From the NCBI GenBank assembly GCA_039030515.1, contig JBCCEA010000011.1, forward strand, positions 1 through 64,000: a DNA stretch of 64,000 nt, given 5' to 3'. Both the position numbers and the translations under genes were made by a program. This DNA comes from Myxococcota bacterium. GTDB taxonomy: Bacteria; Myxococcota_A; Polyangia; Polyangiales; Houyiibacteriaceae. Of this stretch, positions 9,087 through 17,926 are shown one piece after another (within the stretch, counting starts at the first letter, position 1; every line of letters begins with the position of its first letter). The notes under the pieces are model-generated. The model was not told where the DNA came from. It did not search any database and saw only the letters and a program-made list of their open reading frames with translations.

Positions 9087-9446
9087 TTAACCCGACGTAA
9101 CGCTGGAATCCGAAAGCTCTACTGCCGAGCCCGTAGCGCTGCTCCTGTCGCGACGTCTGCGACCAGTGCTCGCTGCTTTTTCCTCACGGATTTGACGCTG
9201 TATCTTGTCGACCACCGCATCGATCGACGCGTACATGTCTTCTGTCTCTTCATGTCCTGCGTACCGATTGCCGTCCGCGCTGAGGTGGATATCCACGACA
9301 TGTAAATGTCGTTTGGTTTCCAGCACGACTTCCGCATCTAAAGGAGAGCGTAAAAACTTTTGAAGCCTTTCGATTTTAGCTCGAGCGTATTCCTTTATGC
9401 TTTCCGACGAATCGAGATTACGGAACGTGAAGTTTAGGCGCATCAA
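9087..9446 (-). CDS. hpf: Ribosome hibernation factor HPF/RaiA (short form)
   Basis: FTFRNLDSSESIKEYA..K, DMYASIDAVVDKIQRQI; directly downstream of rpoN. Confidence 0.92.
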   Translation of the reverse strand: MMRLNFTFRNLDSSESIKEYARAKIERLQKFLRSPLDAEVVLETKRHLHVVDIHLSADGNRYAGHEETEDMYASIDAVVDKIQRQIREEKAASTGRRRRDRSSATGSAVELSDSSVTSG

Positions 9447-9496
9447 TCCTCCATGTGTTCGGGGAAGGGGTTGTGCCCTTCCGAAGACTCATTCGA

Positions 9497-10969
9497 CTAG
9501 AAGTATTTCTTTCGCTTTGACGAGCTTAGTATCCCCAGCATTTCTCGGTATTTGGCGACCGTTCGTCGTGCGATCTTGATCTGGTCCTGTGCGAGAATCT
9601 CGACGATTTTTTGGTCCGAAAACGGGCTGCTTTCGTCTTCGCCTCCGACGATCTTCTTGATCGCTTGCTTCACGCTTTCTGAGGCGATGTCCTCTTTATT
9701 CTTTCTGCGTATTGCGCTGTTGAAGAAAAACTTAAGCTCAAAGAGGCCTCGAGGCGTTGCGACATACTTGTTGCTCGTCACCCTCGAGATTGTGCTCTCA
9801 TGCATACCCACCGATTCCGCAATGTCGCGGAGAATCATGGGACGTAGATGTTCAATACCCTTGTCGAAGAAGTCCTGCTGCTTCTCCACGATGCATTTTG
9901 TGACCTTGACGATGGTTTTTCGGCGTTGATCGATGCTTTGGATCAACCACTGGGCGCTACGAAGCTTCCCTTGGATGTATTCTTTTGCTTTTGGATCGCC
10001 GGTCATCGCTGCCCGGTAGAATCCGCTGATCTTCAGCTTGGGCATCCCATCGTCATTCGCAACGACGAAGTAGTCGTCTCCGACCCGATGTACATAGACA
10101 TCCGGAGTGATGTATTGAGGCTCCGGTCCGGCATAGTTGCGGCCTGGACGCGGGTCTAGATCGGCAATGAACTGCGCGACGTCATACACCTCCTCCAGCT
10201 CGACGCTTAACTCGCGACTGATGGCGGAGTAATTTTTGCGCTCGAGGTTTTTGAGATGGTTCTTGAGTATCTCGATAACGAGTTCGTCGGCGTCGCAATG
10301 CCTGGCTTGAACGATCAGACTTTCCTTGAGTGATCTGCAGCACACGCCGATGGGCTCAAAGTGCTGCATGATGCTCAGCACCTCCTCAGCGTCCTCAGGG
10401 TGCAATCCGGCTTCCCTGGCCAGGCGGGGCACGATCTCCTCTTCGCTGAGCCCCTCCACGCTGAGGAAGCCTTCATCGTTGAGGTGACCGACCACAAGTG
10501 CTGCAAATCTCAACTCCTCGTCGACGAAGTCGCTCATCCGGAGCTGCCATAAAATATGCTGTACCAGATTTTCCGAATTCGATAAGGTCGCCTCGAGTCC
10601 TGGAAGATCGTCGCCATCGCCACCGCCTCGAAACGAGGGCATCGGCGCCTGCATCACGTGGTTCTCTAAGTAGCGTTCCCAATCGATGTCTTCGCTTTTC
10701 TTGTCAGTTTGAGACGCGTCCTTATCATCTCGCGCCACTTGCTGATCGATGGTCGAGGTTTCCCGCTTTCTCTCCTCAACCGCTATTCGCTGTGCTTCTC
10801 TATGCTCAACTCCCTCGATTTGGTCCTCGAGGATTGGATTTTCTAGAAGCTCTTCGCGAACCATATCCACCAGTTCGATGCGAGACATCTGCAGCAGTTT
10901 GATCGCCTGTTGCAGCTGAGGAGTCATGACCAGCTGCTGTGACAATCGGAGTTGCTGCTTGATCTCCAT
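9497..10969 (-). CDS. rpoN: RNA polymerase sigma-54 factor
   Basis: QQLVMTPQLQQAIKLLQ, HESTISRVTSNKY, RpoN box ARRTVAKYRE. Confidence 0.99.
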   Translation of the reverse strand: MEIKQQLRLSQQLVMTPQLQQAIKLLQMSRIELVDMVREELLENPILEDQIEGVEHREAQRIAVEERKRETSTIDQQVARDDKDASQTDKKSEDIDWERYLENHVMQAPMPSFRGGGDGDDLPGLEATLSNSENLVQHILWQLRMSDFVDEELRFAALVVGHLNDEGFLSVEGLSEEEIVPRLAREAGLHPEDAEEVLSIMQHFEPIGVCCRSLKESLIVQARHCDADELVIEILKNHLKNLERKNYSAISRELSVELEEVYDVAQFIADLDPRPGRNYAGPEPQYITPDVYVHRVGDDYFVVANDDGMPKLKISGFYRAAMTGDPKAKEYIQGKLRSAQWLIQSIDQRRKTIVKVTKCIVEKQQDFFDKGIEHLRPMILRDIAESVGMHESTISRVTSNKYVATPRGLFELKFFFNSAIRRKNKEDIASESVKQAIKKIVGGEDESSPFSDQKIVEILAQDQIKIARRTVAKYREMLGILSSSKRKKYF

Positions 10970-11047
10970 TTAAGTCTCCCGGCGCGTCTTCCTTCGGCGC
11001 ACTGCCTTCGCTAAACTCAGTATACGCTTCCACACTACCAGAGGGAA

Positions 11048-11063
11048 TGCAAATTGCGGGCCG
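11048..11063 (-). promoter_or_regulatory. Sigma54-type -24/-12 element upstream of rpoN
   Basis: Minus strand CGGCCCG-CAAT-TTGCA vs consensus TGGCACG-N4-TTGCW; GG-N10-GC spacing correct; ~80 bp upstream of the rpoN ATG. Confidence 0.55.
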
Positions 11064-11069
11064 TATCCG

Positions 11070-11084
11070 TGGGCATGCAGTTGC
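11070..11084 (+). promoter_or_regulatory. Possible second sigma54-type element facing the diguanylate cyclase
   Basis: TGG-GCATGCAG-TTGC (GG-N10-GC); weaker -24 match. Confidence 0.3.
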
Positions 11085-11268
11085 GTCTACCGGAAGATAT
11101 TGCTGCGACCGATGAACAGACGGCTGGAGCTAGAGGCCAGGTGCCTGAAATGACTCATTAAAAGCGCTGTTGTAGTCCTTTGACAGCGAAGCTTATGATG
11201 AGAGCCGTCGCTTCGACAGGCGAGGTTGATGGACGATTAAAGCGTGCGAATGGTATCGTCCAAACCAA

Positions 11269-12240
11269 GTGTCTGCTGAAATCAAAAGCTCAGGGGCGGT
11301 CGATGAAAGCGTGATCCTGGTCGTGGAAGACGACCGACACACGCGCGAGCGACTGCGTACAATTCTCACGAAGAGCGGTTACTCCGTTGAGTTGCAGGCA
11401 AACGGTCAGGGAGCGCTCGAGCGGCTTTCACAAGGAGGCGTTTCGCTCATCTTGCTCGATATCGTGTTGCCCGGCTTGAGCGGCTACGATCTGTGCCGGC
11501 TCATCAAGAGCTTGACCAAAGACGCGTTTGTTCCAGTTGTGCTGTTGACCGCGAAGTCTGATTCGGAAAGTCGTGTTGAAGGGCTGAGAATCGGAGCCGA
11601 TGATTACGTTTGCAAGCCTTTCGACGATAGAGAACTGATCGCTCGCGTCGACAACATGACGCGCCTCAAACGCATGCACGATGATGTGGCGCAGGCGAGG
11701 GACCGCCTAGAGCAGCTTGCCATCCGAGACGAGCTCACCAAGCTCTATAACTACCGATATCTTCAGACCCGCTTGGGAGAAGAGTTCAAGCGCGCCGAGC
11801 GCTATCACGATCCCCTTGCCTGTGCGATGGTCGATATCGATCAGTTCAAGCGAATCAACGATGCTCACGGACACGAGGTTGGTGATGGCGTGCTCGCGGA
11901 GGTTGCTGAGAGGCTTCGTGCGGGAGTTCGAGATATCGATGTGGTCGCGCGTTACGGCGGTGAAGAATTTTTGATGGTTTTGCCGAGTACCCATTTTTCA
12001 GGCGCTCTCTCTGTCGCTGATCGCGTGTGGCGGAATGTGGGCCGGGTCCCCTTCACGTTGGATGGCGAGGAGAGTCGAGTGACGGTTTCGATCGGTGTCG
12101 CCCTTTTTCCCAGCCGCGATGTGAAATCTAAGGACGAGCTGCTCAAGGCGGCTGATAGAGCGCTCTATCAGGCCAAGGCCGACGGGCGAGATAGAATCTG
12201 CGTGTACCAGCATCAGGGGTACATCTACCGACCGGCTTGA
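11269..12240 (+). CDS. Response regulator-diguanylate cyclase (REC-GGDEF)
   Basis: REC: VVEDD, LLDIVLPG, LTA, KPF. GGDEF: DELTKLYN, DIDQFKRIND, I-site RDID, RYGGEEF. Confidence 0.95.
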   Translation: MSAEIKSSGAVDESVILVVEDDRHTRERLRTILTKSGYSVELQANGQGALERLSQGGVSLILLDIVLPGLSGYDLCRLIKSLTKDAFVPVVLLTAKSDSESRVEGLRIGADDYVCKPFDDRELIARVDNMTRLKRMHDDVAQARDRLEQLAIRDELTKLYNYRYLQTRLGEEFKRAERYHDPLACAMVDIDQFKRINDAHGHEVGDGVLAEVAERLRAGVRDIDVVARYGGEEFLMVLPSTHFSGALSVADRVWRNVGRVPFTLDGEESRVTVSIGVALFPSRDVKSKDELLKAADRALYQAKADGRDRICVYQHQGYIYRPA

Positions 12241-12328
12241 ACCGCGGTCCTAGCGGCCTTCGATTCGAAGTGTGCGCGAAGGGCTCTAGAGCGTCGCGTG
12301 TTTCGGCTCCGGCTGCTAGATTCCTCAA

Positions 12329-13273
12329 GTGTCGCTGGTACGCTTTGACGCAGTCGAATCAAGTTACGGTAGCCACGTGGTTTTCCGAGATCTTTCGTTG
12401 GAGATTGCATCAGGCTGCACAGGTTTACTTGGCCCGAACGGTGCGGGTAAGACCACCCTGCTGAGAAGTATCGTCGGACTGGTCCCCCTTTATCGAGGTA
12501 GCGTTCAGGTGCTCGGCAGAGACGTGACCACTGATTCTTTTGCAATTCGTGCGCAGGTAGGTTTCATGCCGGAGGGTGACTCCATTATGCCAGACCTCTC
12601 CGCTCTGGAATTCGTCAGCCTTGCAGCAGAGCTCGTCGGTATTCCGAGAAAAGAAGCGAAGGGGCGCGCCCATCAGGTGCTCTCCTACTGCGGTCTCGGG
12701 GAAGCGCGCTATCGCAAGCTAGGAACATACTCCGTGGGGATGAAGCAACGGGTGCGGCTTGCTCAGGCTCTGGTGGGCGATCCCAGGCTGCTGCTGCTCG
12801 ATGAACCCACAACTGGATTCGATCCTCGAGGCCGTGACGAAATGCTCGCCCTGATTGCCGACATTGCCAAGCGGACAGGCGCCTCGGTGATTCTCTCGAC
12901 GCACATTTTGCCCGATGTTGAAAAAATATGCGATCAAGCCGTTGTGCTCGTCGAGGGGCGGGTGCGCTACTCGGGGGACCTGCAGTCTATGCTGCAGCCT
13001 CAGATGAATGTTTTTGAAGTTCGTTTACGCGACAGCTACGCAGAGATGAAGGCCGCACTCGAAGCGCGCGGCTTGGTTGTTGGCCTTCGAAAGAGCACGC
13101 TTGAGGTGCAGCTGCCCGAGGATGGTTCAGCCCAAGTGATCTTGGAGGTTGCCGCTAAACACCGAATTCCTCTGCGTCACCTTGCACCTCTGACGCAGAA
13201 TTTGGAGCACGCGTTCTTTCAGATGCTCGAAGGCAACTCCCAACCGCCACTAACGAAGGTTGGCCTTAACTAG
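12329..13273 (+). CDS. ABC transporter ATP-binding protein (ABC-2/drug-resistance type)
   Basis: Walker A GPNGAGKT, signature YSVGMKQR, Walker B LLLLDEPT, H-loop STH. Confidence 0.95.
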   Translation: MSLVRFDAVESSYGSHVVFRDLSLEIASGCTGLLGPNGAGKTTLLRSIVGLVPLYRGSVQVLGRDVTTDSFAIRAQVGFMPEGDSIMPDLSALEFVSLAAELVGIPRKEAKGRAHQVLSYCGLGEARYRKLGTYSVGMKQRVRLAQALVGDPRLLLLDEPTTGFDPRGRDEMLALIADIAKRTGASVILSTHILPDVEKICDQAVVLVEGRVRYSGDLQSMLQPQMNVFEVRLRDSYAEMKAALEARGLVVGLRKSTLEVQLPEDGSAQVILEVAAKHRIPLRHLAPLTQNLEHAFFQMLEGNSQPPLTKVGLN

Positions 13274-13280
13274 CGTCGAG

Positions 13281-13871
13281 ATGAACCCTCGTCCCGCAGT
13301 TCGCTTTTGCCCCTTTTGCCGGGAGAGCTTTGAAGTTGAGACCCACTGCCCTGAGCACGAGCTCGAGCTTGTAGCGTTTGAATCGCTTCAGGTCCCCACC
13401 GAGCCGCCGCCTGCACCGGACGACTGGCTTCCCTTGCATGAGAGCCGCTTTGGGCGCGCCTTGCTGTTTGTCGGTGTCGTACTTCTTTGGGCAGGGTTCT
13501 TTGCTCCTTTTGTCGTCGCGACGCGGGGTTCGCAGCTTGTCCAGGAGAGCGCGTTTTCGCTCTCCGAGGTGGCCCCGAATCTTTGGTCGATACCCATGGT
13601 CGGGATGGTGTTTCTCGCCATCCTCGCTCGACTCCGCACTTTACGGGCGCTTGCCCGAGCGCGATTTGCGACGCTCCTGCTCAGCATTCTGCCCTTGATT
13701 TCGGGGATATACAGCTACCGAAATGTGATTCAGGCAACGCATCGAACTGGACTTCAGGTCCTCCCTAGTTGGGGATCGTTTTTGCTCTTTTGGGGCGTGT
13801 GTTTCTGTGCGTGGGCAGCGATTCGACTAGGGCAGGTCTCTCCCGCACCGGGGCATGCGAACCGCAACTAG
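13281..13871 (+). CDS. Hypothetical 4-TM membrane protein with N-terminal zinc-ribbon-like motif
   Basis: FCPFC...CPEH followed by four hydrophobic segments; ATG 7 bp after the ABC gene stop. Confidence 0.7.
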   Translation: MNPRPAVRFCPFCRESFEVETHCPEHELELVAFESLQVPTEPPPAPDDWLPLHESRFGRALLFVGVVLLWAGFFAPFVVATRGSQLVQESAFSLSEVAPNLWSIPMVGMVFLAILARLRTLRALARARFATLLLSILPLISGIYSYRNVIQATHRTGLQVLPSWGSFLLFWGVCFCAWAAIRLGQVSPAPGHANRN

Positions 13872-13921
13872 CAGCGATGCATAGTTCAAACGATCATGCT
13901 AAATCTCGACGCCCACGGCTC

Positions 13922-14377
13922 ATGAACATACGAGGAATTACCAAGAACGACTTCGATTATGTCGTGTCCGTGCTCGACCGATGGTGGGGTGGTCCTTCGG
14001 TGGAAAGAGCCCATCCGGTATTTTACTACGAACTTGGAGCCCAGGCGTTGATTGCAGAGACCGATGAAGAAGACCTCGTTGGGTTTCTTCTCGGTTTCAT
14101 CGCAACAGGGGAGCATCTTACCGGATACGTTCACCTTGTTGGAATCCACCCAGACTACCGTCGTCAAGGGGTCGGCAAGAAGCTGTACCAGGAATTCATG
14201 ACGCGTTGCGAGGCGATAGGTGCCCAGCGCATGAAGGCGATCGCGGCTCCCGGCAATGACGGGTCGGTTCGATTCCACGAAGCTTTGGGATTCCAGACGG
14301 CCCACGATGGGCACTACGCAGGACGAGATCGAGGACGGGTGGTGTTTACCAAGGATCTAAGGGCTAAGCGCTCCTGA
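13922..14377 (+). CDS. GNAT N-acetyltransferase (YqjY-like)
   Basis: VLDRWWGG, GFLLGF, YVHLVGIHPDYRRQGVGKKLY, N..SVRFHEALGF; start at 13877 or 13922. Confidence 0.88.
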   Translation: MNIRGITKNDFDYVVSVLDRWWGGPSVERAHPVFYYELGAQALIAETDEEDLVGFLLGFIATGEHLTGYVHLVGIHPDYRRQGVGKKLYQEFMTRCEAIGAQRMKAIAAPGNDGSVRFHEALGFQTAHDGHYAGRDRGRVVFTKDLRAKRS

Positions 14378-14532
14378 TTTAGCAGATCTGCATGATGAGA
14401 AACCCAAGTGATGACTCGATACAAGCCATGAAGAGTCAGACGAAGATTCTTGAAAAAAACTGAGATTCGTGCAGTTTACCTAAGTTGCCGGCACAGGGGT
14501 CGTTGGCGAAGGTCGCTGGAGGGAATATCCAC

Positions 14533-15504
14533 ATGAGCTATTCGGGCGAAGCGAAAGTCAGAGATTCACGGGAGGCTCTCGGCAACGCCTTAGCGGCACT
14601 TCAAAACGACAGCGAAATCCCTGAAGACGTCATGGCTGTCGTGCAGATCATCGCCCAATCGATCGGTGCGCTCTTTGAGGCGGAACGAGCCAGCTCCGAG
14701 ATCGACGGAAAAGCGTGCGTAAAAAAGGCCCTAGGTTCGCTGAGTCAAACGCTAGCTTTGCTCCAAGACGTTCGAACACAACACCAAGGTGTCGAGATTG
14801 CAACCGAAGTGATCGCCGAGGTGATGAGTGATCTCTATGCTTTGACCTCGAAGCCCTCTCGGTTTCCAAAGCCACGTTCGTCTACGCCACCTGCTGTGGG
14901 CAAAGCTGTTTCCAGCGCAGACTCGTCAGCGCCGTCTTCCAGCGCAGACTCGTCAGCGCCGTCTTCCAGTAATTCCGTCGAGTCCTCAAGCGAACCGCAG
15001 GCAGGTATCGTGGAGCCCGGTACGGGAGGAAACACGCACGATATCGGGATGAACTCCGGTGCGGAGGAAGATACGCGCGATGTCGGGGATGCTTCCACGG
15101 CGTCGGGTGCTTCTGATGCAGGAGATCACCCGGTCCAAGAGGATATTGCTCAGGGTACGTCGAGCGCGCCGGATCTTCCGACGCAAAATCTCGAGATCAA
15201 TATCGGAGCGACCACAGAATCCAACTTTTATGTGGGATTCTCCGGAGAAGTGTCTCAAGGAGGCGTTTTCTTATCGACCTACGAGGTGCTTGCGAAGTCG
15301 ACGCCCGTACATATGTTCATCACTTTGCCTGGTGGATTCGAGTTTCGTGCCACCGGATTCGTTCGTTTCGTCAGGGATCCAATGGATTTTTCAGCAGAGT
15401 CTGAGCCTGGTATGGGAGTGCAGTTTGATGAGCTTCCGGAGCATGCGCGCGATCTGGTGTTGCGGTTTATCCGGAAGCGGCCTCCGATGTTTTATGACGA
15501 GTGA
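14533..15504 (+). CDS. TIGR02266/PilZ-like protein with helical N-domain and low-complexity linker
   Basis: ESNFYVGFSGEVSQGGVF, GFVRFVR, PGMGVQF, KRPPMFYDE; RBS ggaggg before ATG 14533. Confidence 0.85.
   Translation: MSYSGEAKVRDSREALGNALAALQNDSEIPEDVMAVVQIIAQSIGALFEAERASSEIDGKACVKKALGSLSQTLALLQDVRTQHQGVEIATEVIAEVMSDLYALTSKPSRFPKPRSSTPPAVGKAVSSADSSAPSSSADSSAPSSSNSVESSSEPQAGIVEPGTGGNTHDIGMNSGAEEDTRDVGDASTASGASDAGDHPVQEDIAQGTSSAPDLPTQNLEINIGATTESNFYVGFSGEVSQGGVFLSTYEVLAKSTPVHMFITLPGGFEFRATGFVRFVRDPMDFSAESEPGMGVQFDELPEHARDLVLRFIRKRPPMFYDE
14911..14964 (+). repeat. Perfect 27 bp in-frame tandem duplication (SSADSSAPS x2)
   Basis: tccagcgcagactcgtcagcgccgtct at 14911-14937 and 14938-14964. Confidence 0.95.
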
Positions 15505-15591
15505 TGCTCATGCCGTGTCGAGAGACTCGCTTGCTTCGATGTATGCGCCCCACGCTGACGCGCTCACCGGATTGGTGTTTCTTCCGCCCAG

Positions 15592-16275
15592 TCAATCAGC
15601 CTGATCTACCAGTTCTAAAAGCTCTTCCTCGCTTGCAAATCCCCACCATCGCCTCACCACTCTGCCTGATGAGTTCAGCATGATGAACGCAGGAACACCC
15701 TGAAGGGTGCCTAGGGGGCTGTTTCCTGAAAGAATTTGGCCTCGCGGATCGTAAGCCAGCGGAAAGGGCGGATCGAGCGACTCTCGGAACGCTTGAATCA
15801 ACTGTCTTGGATCGGGCTGAATTGCAATGCCTACGACATGTAAAGTGCTGCGCTTTTGAACCACTTGCCCGAGTGGTTGGAGCGCTGCATGGCTGATCGG
15901 ATCAAAAGTCGTGAACAGAAAGAGAAGAATGGGTGCGCTTTGCAGATCTCCCACCTCGATCCAGTTTCCCTCGGAAGTGCGTAGGGAAAGTTCGATCCTC
16001 CGAGAGTCGGTTGGCGATCCAAGCCGGTGTGACTGATGTGGCATGTTCGTGCTTTTGCATGCTGCAGTGAACATGCAAAGAACGAGGCCGGCCGCCAGAG
16101 CGGGGCAGAGGAGCAGCGTCCGCCGGTTGTCATCGTTCCAGTTGCGATCGGCTCGAGGACTATGGCTACAAGGTAGATTCGATGTGCAGTGGTGTCTGCT
16201 ATTGTCCTTGTCGCCCTGCAGCGAGAGAATGTGGGTGAGTCGCTTCATCGCGAACCTCCTTCTGTGCTCTCGCAT
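15592..16275 (-). CDS. TlpA/redoxin-like thioredoxin-fold protein, probable lipoprotein, lacking CXXC
   Basis: PILLFLFTTFDPIS, VVGIAI, PFPLAYDP, VPAFIMLNSSGRVV; lipobox-like FTAAC; start uncertain. Confidence 0.65.
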   Translation of the reverse strand: MREHRRRFAMKRLTHILSLQGDKDNSRHHCTSNLPCSHSPRADRNWNDDNRRTLLLCPALAAGLVLCMFTAACKSTNMPHQSHRLGSPTDSRRIELSLRTSEGNWIEVGDLQSAPILLFLFTTFDPISHAALQPLGQVVQKRSTLHVVGIAIQPDPRQLIQAFRESLDPPFPLAYDPRGQILSGNSPLGTLQGVPAFIMLNSSGRVVRRWWGFASEEELLELVDQAD

Positions 16276-16305
16276 GTATTCGTCGCAGTTGTCCTTGAGA
16301 TGTAC

Positions 16306-16938
16306 CTAATCCCGGCCCGAGTTTCCTCGAAAACCCTCCTCTTTGGAGCGGAACAACACATTGAAGGTCGTGAGAGAGCCGTAACAGCCGGTGATATACT
16401 GTTGCAATTGAACTTTCTCATCGTCGGCTAAAGTTTTGTGGGCGTTGATCTTCTGCTCTAGGACGCGCAATTTTTCCCTAATCAGCACAACTTTCTTGAA
16501 AAGAGAGTCTAAGGGAATCCGTTTTTCCTGCACGCCCTCGCGACCGGGCACGAGTACGGCCTCGCCTCCTTGCCAGCGGTCACCCAGCTCGGTTTCACGA
16601 ATACCGAGTTCGTCCAACAGTACTTCTCTCAGCACTTGTCGAAACTCTTCTTGGTCCATATCGATTCCTATCTCTGTGGGAATGTTTGGCCGACGAGCGG
16701 CAGGTTGGTCGCTTACGTCCTGACGGTATGCTCTCGGGGCGCCCGCGACCCGCTTTCTCCTGAGGGAACCTTCGAACGACGCGCCGATCGGTTTGTGGCT
16801 GGAACAGGTAGAACGATCTTGCAGCGGTGATGGCCAACAGCCCAAACGGCAATCACCCCAGCTTGAGCCGTCTTCGTTCGTCGCCATACGAACAAACCAG
16901 CCACAGGTGCCACAACGCCCGTCTAGATTACGTTCCAT
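16306..16938 (-). CDS. Conserved hypothetical protein with Cys-rich N-terminal domain
   Basis: CGTC...C...C...C N-domain; C-domain FKKVVLIREKLRVLEQKIN...LQQYITGCYGSLTTFNVLF. Confidence 0.75.
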   Translation of the reverse strand: MERNLDGRCGTCGWFVRMATNEDGSSWGDCRLGCWPSPLQDRSTCSSHKPIGASFEGSLRRKRVAGAPRAYRQDVSDQPAARRPNIPTEIGIDMDQEEFRQVLREVLLDELGIRETELGDRWQGGEAVLVPGREGVQEKRIPLDSLFKKVVLIREKLRVLEQKINAHKTLADDEKVQLQQYITGCYGSLTTFNVLFRSKEEGFRGNSGRD

Positions 16939-17023
16939 CCCGGGCAAGCTAGCAGAAGCTAGGGACTAAAGAGATGTTCTTGCCCACGGTGCATGCGTCT
17001 CTCTGACTTGTCATCATAGGACG

Positions 17024-17890
17024 ATGTTGTCCTTGAGAGACCTTCAACTAAAGCGGCGCCTAGATGCTCTGGTCGCCAATAGCGACCGAGATAGAATTCG
17101 GGAGTCTGACCCGGTCTCCATAGTACATCGCTATGGCGATCCGCTCGATCAAGAAGTCGTTGGGTTGGTCGCTGCTCTTTTAGCCTTCGGCAACATTTCG
17201 GCGGCGCAGCGCTCCATCGAGTTTGCCCTCGCTCCTTTGGGTTCACATCCGGCTCAAACCTTGCGGTCGTCTGAGCTCTCTTGGGAAAAACCTCTGGAAA
17301 CATTTGTGCACCGCATCTACCGCGCCGAACATTTGATCCACCTGCTGCGTTCGGTCCGCGAGGTATTACGGACTCACGGTTCCCTTCAGGCCCTCTTTCT
17401 TTCCCACTACCTGTCACGGGCGAGTCTTCGAGATGCCTTAGCTTGCTTCGCTTCTGATCTTCGTGGTTCGGCAGATTCTCGCGGCATCCGGCACCTGCTT
17501 AGTGACCCAGGTCGAGGCAGCGCTTGCAAACGTTGGATGCTCTACCTTCGTTGGATGATTCGCCGTGCTGACGGGGTGGATCTCGGTATCTGGGATCTCC
17601 CTCCAAGCATGTTGTTTATTCCAGTCGATGTGCATGTGTCGCGCATCGCGTGCAATCTCGGGCTGACGCGACGATCCGATCCAAGCTGGAAGACATCCGA
17701 GGAGATAACCACCTTTCTGCGTACTTTCGATCCCAACGACCCGGTCAAGTACGACGTTGCCATCTGTCATTTCGGGGTATCTGGAAAGTGTCCAAGTCGT
17801 CGTTCAGAACCGATCTGCTCCCAATGTGATCTTCAGTCGGTTTGTCAGCAATGGCGACGTTCAAGATCTAAAAAAAAACAAGCTCGATAA
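17024..17890 (+). CDS. TIGR02757 family (DUF2400, HhH-GPD-related) protein
   Basis: DPVSIVHRY..P.DQEVVGL, AFGN, SACKRWMLYLRWMIR, DLGIW, IPVDVHV, DPNDPVKYD. Confidence 0.88.
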   Translation: MLSLRDLQLKRRLDALVANSDRDRIRESDPVSIVHRYGDPLDQEVVGLVAALLAFGNISAAQRSIEFALAPLGSHPAQTLRSSELSWEKPLETFVHRIYRAEHLIHLLRSVREVLRTHGSLQALFLSHYLSRASLRDALACFASDLRGSADSRGIRHLLSDPGRGSACKRWMLYLRWMIRRADGVDLGIWDLPPSMLFIPVDVHVSRIACNLGLTRRSDPSWKTSEEITTFLRTFDPNDPVKYDVAICHFGVSGKCPSRRSEPICSQCDLQSVCQQWRRSRSKKKQAR

Positions 17891-17926
17891 GGGTGTGTTC
17901 GTCACAGAATCCAATGAGCGTTTTCG

